A DNA stretch of 64,000 nt from Eledone cirrhosa (taxonomy: Eukaryota): the NCBI GenBank assembly GCA_964016885.1, contig OZ024740.1, positions 337,342,001-337,406,000 of the forward strand. Direction: 5' to 3'. The translations under genes were made by a program, and so were the position numbers. Shown here piece after piece: positions 35,520 through 49,061 of the stretch. Positions within the stretch are counted from its first letter, which is position 1, and each line of letters starts with the position of its first letter. A model generated the notes under the pieces. The model had not been told where the DNA came from. It saw only the letters and a program-made list of their open reading frames with translations, and did not search any database.

Positions 35520-37382
35520 GTAAGTTTCTGATGGATCACTGAGATTTATTTTACTTATTTCATATTTTGACAGTGCTTAGGAAAGCATGGATCCTAAGAT
35601 ATTGAGGTTAAGATTAGAAATGTGATATTATGGTAATGATATAAATATGTGATATTATGATAAATATGTGATATTATGATATAAATATGTGATATTATGA
35701 TAATGATATAAATATGTGTAACAACAGATGTGTTTGGATGCTTTCTATGATAGTTGTAAATTTTACCCCTTTCATTGCTCTATTTCTAATGAAAGACATC
35801 GTCAATGATTTTCAAATAATTTCTGAAAATAATCAAGAATTTGGAGGTTATTTAGATAGTGTTGAGAACAAAACAAAGGTTCTTATATAAAAATATGATG
35901 GCAGGTTTTTTTTTTAGTTAAATATAAATGCTTTTAAACAAATACTGAATATACTCATATATAAGCTGAGAAATATGACAAAAGAAAAATAAATGGTAAA
36001 TGTTAGGTCGGCTTTTATTTGAGGTCATTGTTTTGCTGATTTTCACCAACTTCATAATTTACATAAATGAGGTTTGTTGGTGAATATTGCACTGGTTTCA
36101 CTTTGGAGGTAAACATTTGTTTTTCCTATTGTTTTTTTAATGTGTTTTAAATGAATATAGCCTTCAAAACGATCAGAAATTGGTAAAATATCATTATGTA
36201 ATGAAATTGTGAAACAAAAACTATATTCTAAACAACACTTAAAACATTTTAAATATCAAAATGTTAAAACTTCATAAATATATTCTCCACTCATGAGAAT
36301 TTCAAAACCACTTCATCTAAATATAATGTGTTGAATAGCTGCCTTGGTTTATACACAGGGTTTGGAGTTTTGCTCATTTCTCAAACACAAAATAGGGGGT
36401 CAGCTTATAATAGAGTATATATGGTAGTTTTATATCGATGAACCAGGTGGAGTTTGGTATCAAAAAGGTTAAGCTACATATAATCATTCCGTCTGAAGTC
36501 TGACATGCATTGATATTTTTTCTGTTTCCTTGCTATGCATTCTCATATTAATGTCCAAGTATTCCAGTTCCCTATTAACCCCATCAATATCCTTCATCCC
36601 TCTCCCCACCCCATATAATCTGGGAAGTGCCAAAACGACTATTGGAACAATACCCTTACTTTTTTGATATACCATATATAACCCTATATGAACCGTAGTG
36701 GCAGATAAGTTACAAACCCTTACTGTTAATATTTTGGCTTCCTTATTTGATATTTTAAGTCCAGTGTAAGGGTGGGTAGATAAATTGTATGTGGCTTTTT
36801 GGGCCTCATTTTTTTAGTAAGAAACTGCAACTTATCCAGGTTTAAATAAGGTAATAATTAAAAAAAAAGTATATATCTGCAGAAAGGTTTCGAAACATTA
36901 CCTACTTGCCATCATTTTTTCATAATTATTATTCAGTTACTGAAAATTGGTTGGAAATGTATCAAATATGTAAATATTTGTATTCTGCTAAAAGCCACCA
37001 ATTCAAACAACTTTTTATAAAAAACAATTCTGAATAAAAGAAATTAGATTTGTCAGAAAGTTAATTTCTCTAATTTGTTGAAAATTTAAATTTCCCAATT
37101 TGTTTAATGTTCATTAATGTTGTAAAAACAACCAACAATTGAATGCCAAAGTACATATTAAAGTAATGTTTTGGGGTTTCATTCAACTCCTACAAACAGT
37201 AACATCTTTCTTGTAATCTTAACAATTATGAATACAGATTGTTTTTCTTGACAAAGTTCTAAATATTTTCATTAATTTTTAATTATAAAATCTTACATAA
37301 TTAGCATTATATAAACAGACTGGAATTTATTTTTGAAATCCCAGATAAAGTAAAAGAATTGGTTTTGGTCTTGTTTCCGCAG

Positions 37383-37504
37383 ATTTCAATGTTTCGAAAA
37401 GCAGCAACAGAATATATAAAGTCAATGATGTGGACCATACGAAATGACTGTGTGTTTTTCCCACTTGAAGATTATTCCTTCAAAGACCTCAAGTGCAAGC
37501 TAGG
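37383..37504 (+). CDS. Host-gene exon (ISMFRKAATEYIKSMMWTIRNDCVFFPLEDYSFKDLKCKLG), phase 0-2
   Basis: Acceptor TCTTGTTTCCGCAG, donor GG|GTAAGA, 122 nt open, in phase with the previous exon. Confidence 0.75.
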
Positions 37505-37759
37505 GTAAGATTTTATAACCCAAGTACTATGTTTTGAACAATTACATGGCCCAACACACTGTTCAAGGATAGTTTTAGTCTCAATAGCTAAAATGTATCT
37601 AAAAACTAAAGAATAGATGCAGACATAGCAGTGTGATTAAGAAGTTTGATTCATGACCACATGGTTTGGGTTTCAGTCCCACTGTGTGACATCTTGGCAA
37701 AGTGTCTTTGTCATAGGTTTGGGTTGATCCAAGCCTTATGAGTAAAATTTGGAAACCTG

Positions 37760-37794
<35 letters not shown>

Positions 37795-39035
37795 GTTTTT
37801 AAGCCCATTTTTCCATGCTCGCAGGAGTCCTTTTCAGCACAGCATCTCTTCACTTGCAACGTTCCTTTGTCATCTCCTCTGTTTATCTCAGTGATTTGAG
37901 ATCAGCTTTCACTACCTCTTCCCAGGTCTTCCTTGGTCTACCTCTACTGCATCTTCCTTCCACTGGGATTTCCTGGCACTTTTTCACCCAGTGATTATCA
38001 TCCATACGCATAATATGTCTGGACTAACAAAGTCTTCTCTCTTGCACACTGCTTTGGATTCCTCTTAAACCCAGTTTCTTCCTCAGTTTCTCCACACTCT
38101 GCCTTTCTCTTACATTTACAGTGCACATCCAATGAAGTATGGTTGCTTCATTTCTCTCCAGTCTACACATGTCCTCTGCAGCCACTACCCATGTTTCACT
38201 ACCATGCAACATTGCACTTTGCACATAGGCATCATACAGTTGTCCCTTTGTATGTAGGGAGAAACCTTTTGTTGTTAACAATGGGAGTAGCTCTCTAAAC
38301 TTCTCCCATTCTATCCTTATTTTAGCTATTATGCTCCCAGAGCACCCTCCCCCACTGCTAATTAAGTTACCTAGATAGTAGAAGCTATCAACCACTTCTA
38401 TGAATACTTCAGGTGATTGGGAAACGTTTTTATCACTGACGCTCTTCCCCTCAATTACACCCGTGCATCTTCTACTCTACCTGATATCCCATCTCTTGTG
38501 TATCCAAGTTTAAGCTTACTCCTTTTCAACATATTGAGCAGGGTCACTTCCCTGAGGGAATGAGGGTCCTATCTTCTTTTCTACTCACTAGCACTTTAGT
38601 TTTGGCTAAGTTTACTCTCAGACCTTTTGATTTCAAATTCTGTTTCCATAGTCAGAATTATTTTCAAGTTCTTTTATGGATCCATCTATAAGGACCAGAT
38701 CATCCACATAGATAGGTTCCCATGGACAGTCTGTCTTAAACTCCTCTGTTATGGCCTGGAGAACTATGATGAATAGTAGTGAGTTAAGAACTGAACCCTG
38801 ATGAACTCCTACCTGTACCTTGAATTTCTCACTAAACTCACTTCCTACTCTCACTTTCCTGATGGCTTGCAATGCTCTCACAAGGCATTCTTCTACACCT
38901 AATTTTTTTAAGGACCACCAGATAATCGATTGAAGTACTCTGTCAAAGGCCTTTTCTAGATCAATAAAAGCTAAATATAGTGGCTTATTCTTGGCTAGGA
39001 ACTTCTCACTAAAAGAGGGCATCTGTAGTTCTTTT
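37760..39035 (-). pseudogene. Older RTE LINE copy, 5'-truncated and decayed
   Basis: LAFIDLEKAFDRV, GVHQGSVL, YVDD, YYLG, GSETW, (ATC)n tail. Confidence 0.88.
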
Positions 39036-39070
39036 TCCAGATATGAAACCATATATATAGATACATACAT

Positions 39071-39207
<137 letters not shown>

Positions 39208-39214
39208 GTGAAAG

Positions 39215-40980
39215 AATGAAGAGTAACATGGTTGGCTGTACAATAAGGGACTTTATTTAAAGTACTGACAATTGTTTCGTTGATCAGGGGAGTCTAGAGT
39301 TCGCTTATCGCTTGAAGTTGCGTCACTCGATCTCCAATACATTATTTACCTCTGGTCAACACATCAGAGTATGTAGATATAAAAATAATTCACTCGAGGC
39401 AAGACATATATAGAAAAATAGCGTATAATCAAAACAATAATATCAATAATAAAACATATATGGTAAATAGGTAGAGAAGTTACAGATGTAAAAAGTAAAA
39501 AGTAAAAAGTAAAAAGTAAAAAGTAAAAGATAAGATAGGGTACATTAAAAAAGTAAGAAAATGAGAAAATGGAAAATATAAAGAAATAAATAAGGATAAG
39601 TGAGAGCATGTAAGTATTTAGTATGTTTGTAGTAGTTTTGTGTAAGTGTTCTTATAAGGATTCCTTGGTGGGTTTAGTGCTAACATGAAAGACCAGATTC
39701 AAGATGTACATAGATACGTGTAGAGGGTCCGATGTAGTGACAGATAAAAGAAAAAAACAATAAATTAGAGATTAATTGGTGGATACATGTATGAGATTTA
39801 TGGGCTAGGGGTTAAGGGACGTTTGACAAACGCTTGTTGTAAATGTTTTGCTGATTGTTCTATCTTAATGGGGTTGATGCTGTTTCAGGGAGAGAGGGTG
39901 AAAGAGATGTTCAGAGATTTATGATCCAGTGACCAGTTGGCCGTTTGACAGCTAATAGCAGTGCGATGGTGTGTCTATATGCTAAAATCTAGGTGGTTCA
40001 GTTCTAATTTTGCGATTTCTGGTTCAAATCATGGTGGTTTGAAGTTTGTGAATCTGGTAGCTATTTTATGCCTACAGAAAATTGATCTTTTTATTTTGCT
40101 GTTAAGCAGCATCCCATCGTGCCTTAAAATATGTAGTAGTTCTAAATTACAAAGTCTGCAGTGGGACATTCCGTTGCTGTAGGCTCTTGCTACCGATAAT
40201 TTTGACCAGCTAATCTTATATTCTAGGTTTTTGTTTTTAAGCTGCCAGATTTTATTGGCGAGCCTCGTAGAGTTCTCCAGTCTACGGTTCTTCATGGAGT
40301 GTCTGTGGACGTACCACCTTTTCTTGAACTCCCCAGCCATCTATTCCGTAGTGGGCAGTTATCCCGTAGGTGGCAATTACAATTTGAGGTTTTTCTGTGT
40401 GCAGGTTCACTGTTGCGGTTTTGTAAGTTGTTGTGGGTGGGTTGTGATTTAGGCCTATTGATGTTTTGTTGTGATGCGTTCTGATGCGTTTGTGGTTGTG
40501 ATGTTGTTATGTGTTTGCGTTTTGTATTTGGTGCTATGGTGCATGTTGGTAGGTTAATTTCTTTAGAGATATTTTTGTGGTTGATTTTACGTATGTGTGA
40601 TTCTATGCTGGCTGCAGTAGAGTAGGAAAGTTTTATAGTTTTTCTATTAAAGATTTTATGGTATTTGTGTAGTGCAGGGAAGTGCTTATCTATTAGTTTA
40701 AAGAATGTAGAAGGTAGTTTAGTTTTTATAGAGGAGTTGAATATTGGATTGAACCATAGGTACTTTCTATCTCTGGATCTTCTATAGTTTTGGGGGATCC
40801 TTATATTAGTGATCTGTTCAGTTATTTTTGGTGCTCGTTGTCTAATTCTATGCTTAGTCCTATGCTTGTTATTTCTATATGAGCAGGTAGTGTTGTTGTC
40901 GTTAGGTTTGTTGTTGATGTCTCTATCTAGTATGTATTCCAGCTTCTCCTTATGTCCAGCCCTATGTGAAGCTATGTTAT
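39215..40980 (-). mobile_element. Penelope-like element, Hydra-clade-like, 5'-truncated
   Basis: LWFNP..LIDKHFP..HKIFNRKTIKLSYS, CNCHLRDNC (CxCx5C), FKKR..H, IWQLK..W, CRLC..E. The GIY/YIG core is deleted. HHR and AATAAA at the 3' end, (TA)n on both sides. Confidence 0.85.
39262..39372 (-). ncRNA. Type I hammerhead motif in the PLE pLTR (A9U variant, long stem II)
   Basis: On the - strand: TACT-CTGATGT-GTTGA...TCAAC-GAAAC-AATT-GTC-AGTA, AATAAA just downstream. Confidence 0.78.
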
Positions 40981-41030
40981 AATATATATATATATGTGTG
41001 TATGTGTGTATTTGTATTGGCATCACTTAA

Positions 41031-41251
41031 GCCTTTAGCATTTAAACTGGCCATATCTGTCCAGAATTCTCCCACCCCTTTCTGTTCAAATTGGCTGTAA
41101 CTGGCCACTCACACTGATGTTAAGGTATTGTTCTCAAAATAAATAATATCAAAATCTCATAGATTTTATATTATGTAAAATAATTATGTGAGGTAAAGCC
41201 TTTACTGTGAAAATACAATAGTAAATATAGAGTAATGTAAATGCTAAAGGG
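41031..41251. mobile_element. piggyBac-like MITE
   Basis: TTAA TSD, TIR CCTTTAGCATTTA / TAAATGCTAAAGG. Confidence 0.85.
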
Positions 41252-42718
41252 TTAAAAAATAGTGTTGTTTGTTTATGTTCTCTAACTTAGTGGTACAACA
41301 AATAGAGATCAATAAAATAAGTATAAAATTTAAAAATCAGTATTAAGATCGATATGATTGACAAAGTCCTTTAATGCAGTGCTCTAGCATGGCTCAAGTT
41401 CAATGACTGAAACTAGTAAAAGAATAATATGGGTCCTTAGCTTTGACATGTGTGTTTCATTAATGTAAATTAATATTATAGAAGAAATGTTTTCTTGATA
41501 TCAGCATTACGTATCATGTAGTTAAAGCGAATATGTAATCTTAAAAAATTATGAAATTTTGACAGAATTATGCTTTGAGCAATTGCAGATCACATTTCTA
41601 AAAAGTACTTAACTTACATGTAAATCAGTGTAACTTAGGCACTGTTGTCAGTAAAATAGTCAATTAGCAGTGTAAATCTTCAAGTCCAGCTGGACAGTAT
41701 TCATATAATCACATGGGAGAAAAAGTATTCAATACATGTAATATTAATTTGAAACTGATGATCCCTTCCTCGCTTTACAAAGTTTCTCATTACGTACATT
41801 CCTTTAAGCAACAGGGAAAATTATCAGTTTCAAACAAATATAATCGTATAAATAAATAGCTAGATATATAAATGGCAGCTTCTCAATAGAAATATTAAAC
41901 ACACCTTTTTACATAAGTGGTTCTGAATTGAAATTTGCATGTTGTGATTATCTAGATATTACCTGCATTCTGTCTATATAGTAAACATCTACAACTGTAT
42001 ATGTTCTGACAACATATAAAACATTATGTCTATCTATCCATTTAAGTATCCACACTGTATTTATCCAGCTATATATCCAGTTAATATCTATTCATTGTCT
42101 ATCTGTCCATTCAACATCCACTATTTATGTATCTAATCAGGACCTACACACAGTGTCTATCAAAACCAGTTAACATCTACAATGTGTCAATCTAGCCAAT
42201 CAATGTTCACACACTGTATTTATCTACCCACACAATATCTACACACCACCTCTCTCTATCTAATCAACATTTACGAAACATATCTATCTATCTAGTCAAT
42301 ATTGTGCCTATTTATTTCATAGTGGCAGAGTGAAGGGACATGAGCTCTCTAGGCAAGGGATTGGAGTGTGTTGGAAAGAGAGTTCCTGCTAATCAGCCAG
42401 ATAACTTTCTTTCAGATGAAGTTAAGGTGTAGCAGCAGCACCATCCCAAAATGTGCCAATAGTATTTCATAGCTGGTCTTCCTTGAACTTTATAGAGTCA
42501 GTAGCTGTTTGTGACTGAAGTATTTTTGGCTCTGAAAAGAAAGGCTAGTGTTTGAGACACACATTTTATTATGTTATGAATGTGAGAATGCTAAGGGTGA
42601 TTAGCAGTGATTGTGTCCAAGAGTAAAGAGAGAGAGGGATAAAAGATTGTTTCCTTAATATTAACAGTGATTGTGTCTTTGAGGTGTTGAAGGAAACAAG
42701 ATTACATGTCTTCATTAA

Positions 42719-42934
42719 CTCTTTAGCATTTAAACTGGCCATATCTAGCCAGAATTCACCTCTTCCTGTTCAAACTAGCTGTAACAGGCTGCTCACACTG
42801 ATATTAAGGTATTGTTCTCAAAATAAATAATATCAAAATCTCATAGATTCGATATTATGCGAGATATTATGTGCGATAAAGCCTTTACCTTGAAAATATA
42901 ATAGTAGATATAGAATAATGTAAATGTTAAAGGG
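42719..42934. mobile_element. piggyBac-like MITE
   Basis: TTAA TSD, same family. A 27-bp tandem duplication spans the right end (42923-42976). Confidence 0.82.
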
Positions 42935-43532
42935 TTAAAGAATCTCTTCAATGTTAAAGGGTTAAGGAATCTCTTCAAGAGGGAGTAAAGAGCTAATACA
43001 CAATGTCTAGGTTGCATAATAACTCTTAATGTCCTGTACCACATGAAACTGTGTTAGTAAGACATTTTTGAAAAATATAAAACAGCATCATGTGACTACA
43101 TCACATAAAAAATTCAGGTCTTTCTTCCTCTTCTTCTTTTCATGCCACATCATGTCAGAAATTCGGCAAATATATGATGAAGAGTTATGACATATATGTG
43201 TGTATGCATGTATATATTGCATGTATGTATATCATTATCATTCATCAACATATGTTTTTATACACAGAGCCTTGTTAGCAAAACTTTCCAAGGGACCAAT
43301 GCATGGAGTTAAGGTTGGCCCGGTCCTCTTAAAATCTTTACTTTAGTTAATTACAAATTTTCACAATGATCTGTCCCCTAGTAAAGATACTATAAATATT
43401 TGAATTTTTAGCTATTTTCTGCTAAATCATTTCAGGATGTTAATAGTTAATTATGTGTTAGGGAAGAGTAGAGATAGATACCATTGGTTCAAGAATGGGC
43501 ATTGTTATAGATGATTGAATATAAGTCATTAA

Positions 43533-43753
43533 CCCTTTAGCATTTAAACCGGCCGTATCTGGCCAGAATTCTCTCACCTCTTTCTGTTCAAACTGGCTGT
43601 AATCAGTCACTCATACTGATGTTAAGGTATTGTTCTCAATATAAATAATATCAAAATCTCATAGATTCAATATTATGTGAGATAATTATGTGAGGCAAAG
43701 CCTTTACTGAGAAAATATAATAATAAATATAGAGTAATGTGAATGCTAAAGGA
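43533..43753. mobile_element. piggyBac-like MITE
   Basis: TTAA|CCCTTTAGCATT...AATGCTAAAGGA|TTAA. Confidence 0.85.
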
Positions 43754-43899
43754 TTAATGTACAGAAAAAAAGCATGTGAATGATATCTAAACCCTGGGTC
43801 ACACTAATGTTCTATCCAGTCAACATTTACACTCTGTGAAGATCTATTCAGGCAATATCTACACACTATCTATCTAATCAACATCTACATACTGTATAC

Positions 43900-44236
43900 C
43901 AGGGGCATGCAAAAGGCAGCCCATGGGCCACAATCCGGCCCGCCAGATCTGTCAGAGTGGCTCGCAATGACCGTTTTTAATTTTTACCTTGTAGGCTTAT
44001 TTAGAATTTTTTTTGTAACCGTAATACAATTTTCTGTTAGTTGACCTATATTAAAGGGCTTCACTGATAGGGTTCTGTGTGTTATAATTTCCCAGTTCCA
44101 TGTTATGGAAAGAAATTGTGGTAAATCTTTGGAATAGTGGTTTTTCATTAGATAACATTTTTTGACAGAGACTAGCCCTAATAGTTGTTCCAATGTTCAA
44201 AAGTGGCCCGCCAATGGAATATGTTGCACACCCCTG
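43900..44236. mobile_element. hAT (Charlie-like) MITE
   Basis: TIR CAGGGG..TGCAA / TTGCA..CCCCTG, perfect 8-bp TSD CTGTATAC. Confidence 0.88.
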
Positions 44237-44399
44237 CTGTATACATATCTATATATCCACTCAACATCTATACATGTGAGTGTCTTTCTATCCTGCTAAT
44301 ATTTATATACTATGTCTATCTATACGGTCAACATCTATACATTATATTTATTTACCCTTTCAACATTTATACACTGTGTCTCCCTCTCTCTCTATATAT

Positions 44400-44560
44400 A
44401 TACATCCAAGTATCTACATTGTCTCTGCATATCTATCTTGTCAGCATCTACATCCATATTTTTATACACTGTGCCTATATATATTTATCCATCCAGATAT
44501 CTACATTGTCTCTGCATATCTATCTTGTCAGCATCTACATCCATATTTTTATACACTGTG

Positions 44561-44615
<55 letters not shown>

Positions 44616-44680
44616 CCATCCAGATATCTACATTGTCTCTGCATATCTAACTTGTCAGCATCTACATCCATATTTTTCTA
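44400..44680. repeat. ~87-bp tandem repeat (3 copies) within a degenerate ~32-bp satellite
   Basis: ATCTACATTGTCTCTGCATATCTA..TTGTCAGCATCTACATCCATATTTTT repeated three times. Confidence 0.8.
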
Positions 44681-45288
44681 TATCTACACATACTATTATC
44701 TATCCAGACAACATCTCTGCATCATGTCTTTTTATCTAGTCAACTTCTATACACTATTGTTTCAGTCTACATATATACACTGTGTCTATACATCCTGTAA
44801 TTATTGTATTATTGATACCCATGAGGGTGCTTACTTATTCCAGCACCTTAGCCACACTGTCACCTGTGGCAATACTGTGAGTGGGTTAGCTTGCCTTAAG
44901 AATTATTAGAGGGAAGCTCCAGCACCATTTGTTGTGATGTATAATTGAGTGTGTGGGTCTTCTTCCTCTGTTTTTTCTTCTTTATTATTTTTTTCACCTT
45001 TTTTTTCTCCCTTATTTTCCTCTCCTTTTCTGTGAGTGGGTTGGCTTGCCTTAAAACTATTAGAGGGAGGCTTCAACTCTCTTTGTTGTCCCATTTGATG
45101 GATTGGCAGTATCGGTGGAGTGTCAGACAACATGCTTTATGGCATAGAGTTACGGCCCTTTGCTATCTCAGTTCAAATCTTGCTAAGGTTAGCTTTGCCT
45201 TTCATCCTTACGGGATCAATAAAATAAAATGCTCTGTTGGTGATTTAACAAAATTGTTGGCCTTGTGCCTAAATCAGAAACCATTATA

Positions 45289-45773
45289 CAGTAAAATTCT
45301 GTTATAATGAAATTCATGGGGTATAAAAAAAATTAATTGTAATGAAAAATTTGTTATAACGAGATGGACCGAAACAAATTGAGCATTTGTTTGTTATTAC
45401 CTTGTATTTAAAAATTAAACAATAAATGAATGAAAACATACCTGCAATATGACAGTATCATGCATTAAAATATAAATATATACAGTGTTTATATAAATAT
45501 ATACAGCGTTTATAGGCATTTTTATGGACCACGTCCAATATTCGCGATTTTTCACACTTTGCAGGTGCTCTAAGAATGTAACCCCTGTGAATACTGCTTC
45601 TTCTATCTGGAGTGGCAATCGGTAGAAAGTATTAACAATTGGAAAGACTAACGGAGACACTGTTTCCTCAGTCTGATTTGACGAAAGTCAATCGACAGTC
45701 GATATATATACATATATATCCAGGGAGTGTAATATATGTCCTTGTATTATTATATATATATATACACACACAT

Positions 45774-45840
<67 letters not shown>

Positions 45841-46183
45841 TCTATTAATGTATGTGAGAGTGTGTGTGTTTCAGATATGTTCTTTTGAATAATTTTCGAA
45901 TATATTTCATAGCCAATAAACTCAACCCTAAAGGGATGCAACTCCAGCCAGGATCACTGTGAGAAGGATTGTGTTGAACATTTAATTTTTTCTTGTAGTG
46001 AGGAATTTTGGCTGCTTGGGTTCAATTTTCGTTTATTGTACTGAAGTATTCGTTGTAATGAATTTTGTTATAATGAGATTCTTTTATTGTTGCTTTAATA
46101 AGCTTGTGGCCGGGGATTGAAAAAAAATTCATTATATTGCAAAATTTGTTATAATGATGCTCGTTATAATGGAATTTTACCTG
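45289..46183. mobile_element. pogo/Tigger-like MITE
   Basis: TA|CAGTAAAATTCTGTTATAATGA ... TCGTTATAATGGAATTTTACCTG|TA with repeated subterminal GTTATAA motifs. Confidence 0.7.
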
Positions 46184-46587
46184 TATATATATATATAGAA
46201 TTAGAATTTAGCTTCGAACATAGCTGTATATATAGAATTAGCTATATATAGAGAATTAGAATTTAGCTTCGAACATAGCTGTATACAAAAATTAATTTCG
46301 TATTTTTAAAGAAATACGAAATTCAAATAAATATTTCAAAAGCCATAGTTATGAATAACAATGGCAGCCAAACTATATATTTTCACCTGTTTTCAAAGTC
46401 TGGCATTTGTAAGAGCGGGAGAGACTGTCCTGACGAGAACCAGTTGAGTTCAAAATGTATCAACGGTTGTCCCCCTTGCTTCTGCCAAACACCCCTCAGT
46501 GGCATTGGCTGCCAGTGTTATTCATAGCTATGGCTGTCTAAATGTTAATTTATAAACATACCGTATTTCTTTAGAAATAAGAAATTG

Positions 46588-46678
<91 letters not shown>

Positions 46679-47123
46679 TATATATATATGTATATATATA
46701 TCAGTACTGTATAGCCTTACACTTATTCAATAAGTACACTCTATATACATATCCTGTTAATATCTATACACTGTATCTATCTTGCCAGTTGATTTCAACA
46801 CACTGTGCCTATCAAACCAGTCAATTTCTACATTATATATATATAATCAATATTGATACATTGGATCTATTTCTCCAGTCAACACCTACACAGTATATCT
46901 GTCTAACCAGTCAATATCTACACACTATTTATCTAACCAGTCAATATCTACACACTCTTTCTATATATCTAGTTGATACCTAAACACTTCATCTGTCAAA
47001 CCTGTCAACACCTACATGTTTGTTTTCTAACCAGCCTATTAACATCTACAGATAACATATATACATACCATATCTATCTCTTTAACCTATTTACATTCAT
47101 TCATTGTGTCTATCTATCTAGAT

Positions 47124-47488
47124 CAGCGGTTGCCAACCGGTGGCCTGAGAGAAAATTTTGGTAGTCAGCAGAAAAATTTGAACATTATTAGCAATTTTTA
47201 CATTTTATTAATATTAAAACAAAAATAATATCCAGTTAAAATATATTTTATAATACCCATAAAAAATATTTATCCTCAGTAAAAAACTAACATCCATGAA
47301 AGAATTTTACACATATATATCATCTATCGACAATATGACACACGTATGCTTCAGTATTGTTTAATAAGATGGAAGTTCTCTGATCATTATTTTACAAATG
47401 CATTTACCTTTTTAAAAAAAAACAATTTAGTGGTCCACGGGGTTATAAATTTAGTGGTCCATGAGGTCCGAAAGGTTGGTGACTACTG
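47124..47488. mobile_element. hAT MITE
   Basis: TIR CAGCGGTTGCCAACC / GGTTGGTGACTACTG, perfect TSD ATCTAGAT. Confidence 0.85.
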
Positions 47489-47528
47489 ATCTAGATAACA
47501 TCTATACACAGTGTTTATCTATCTAATC

Positions 47529-48253
47529 TAGTGGTTCCCAAACCGTGTGCAGAGGCACACTGATGCACTGCATGATGCAGCTCGATGCACAGTAAAAAAC
47601 TAAGATTAAGTTTTAAGATGTGAAAAATACAATCTGAAATTCATATGAAAGTTCATATATAGCTGTAAAAGTGACAAACAAGTAAAGTCTAGTAACAAGA
47701 TTTGTGAAAAATATTACAATCTGTCAACTTTAATAGTAAAGTCAATACATTTTGCTTTACAATTATAGTTTCTTTTTCAAGTACAATTATAATTTATTAT
47801 TATTATTTTTTGGCCATGGACCTTTGCCTTTCATCCTTAGGGGGGTCAATAAAATAAAGTACCAATAACGCACTAGGGTCAATTTAGTCAATTTTCCCCT
47901 TCCCTTCAAATTGCTGGCCTTGTGCCAAATGTAGAAACAATTATTTTTTGGCCATATTTCTTATATTTAATATTTAGGGGAATCTGGCACAGGAGAAATA
48001 GTCCAGAGGGAAGTTGACTGGAAGGGGCTGGGGTGACCAGAAGGAGTTGGCCAGGGATTTGTTGGGAGTTCATGGGAGGGGGCATTCGAGTTGGCCGGTG
48101 GGGAATGGGCCTAGAACATTTTAACTCTATGCTTTGCTAATATGTATGAAAAACTCTTTTGCATAGATTTTTGAATTTATGGTACAAAGAGCCCCAGAAT
48201 ATTTTTATGTTTTCAAAGATGTGCTGTGAGTAAAAAAAGTTTAGGAACCGCTG
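47529..48253. mobile_element. Older hAT MITE with a nested truncated SINE (47818-47939)
   Basis: TIR TAGTGGTTCCCAAAC / GTTTAGGAACCGCTG, TSD 6/8 match. Nested SINE TSD ATTATTTTTTGGCCAT. Confidence 0.7.
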
Positions 48254-49061
48254 ACCTATTCAAAATCATCATGATCATCATTATCACCATTTTACGTCCA
48301 CCTTTCCATGCTAATTTACTAAATCTATCTACATAGTCAGTTTCTATTGTTGGACCTCTGTTATTTCAGACAACAAATGCTTCAGTTAATTCAATCAACG
48401 GAACTGCCTACTTGTGAAATTAATGTGTACATGTACTCATAACGTAGTTCTCAGGGAGATTCAGCACAACACAATGTGTAACAAGTATGGCTTCTTAAAT
48501 TACAAATACAACTCATTTGTATCAGTGAGTGGAGTGGAGCAACATGAAGTAAAGTATCTTGCTCAAGCACACAATATATTGCTCAGTCCAGGAATTGAAT
48601 GCATGACCTTACAATTGTCAACTGAACACCCTAACCACTAAGCCATGCACCTACACATTGTGTTTATATAGTTAAGACATTGTATGTCTACATATCTATC
48701 CACTCAACTTCTACACAGTGTTTACTGAACCCCTATCACTTCATTATGACAACACCTGTGTATAATATATCATGTAAAGGCATATGACTTTACATAATAT
48801 ATTATATACAGTGTTGTCATGCATGTTGTGGATTGGCAGTGTTGGTAGAGCATCAGGCAACGTTTTGTGGCACATAGTTACATCCCTTTATGTTCTGAGT
48901 TCAAATCCCAACGATGTTAGCTTTGCTTTTCATCCTTACGGGATTGATAAAAGAAAATGCACTATTATTTATCTAATTGCTTTCCCCTCCCACAAAATTG
49001 TTGGCCATGTACCTAAATCAGAAACTATTATATATATATATAATTATATTATATATATATA

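Noticed and set aside
44874-45075. ~43-bp direct repeat suggesting a solo LTR pair or TSD
   Set aside because: It is too long for a TSD and has no TG..CA ends or internal features. Probably a local duplication.
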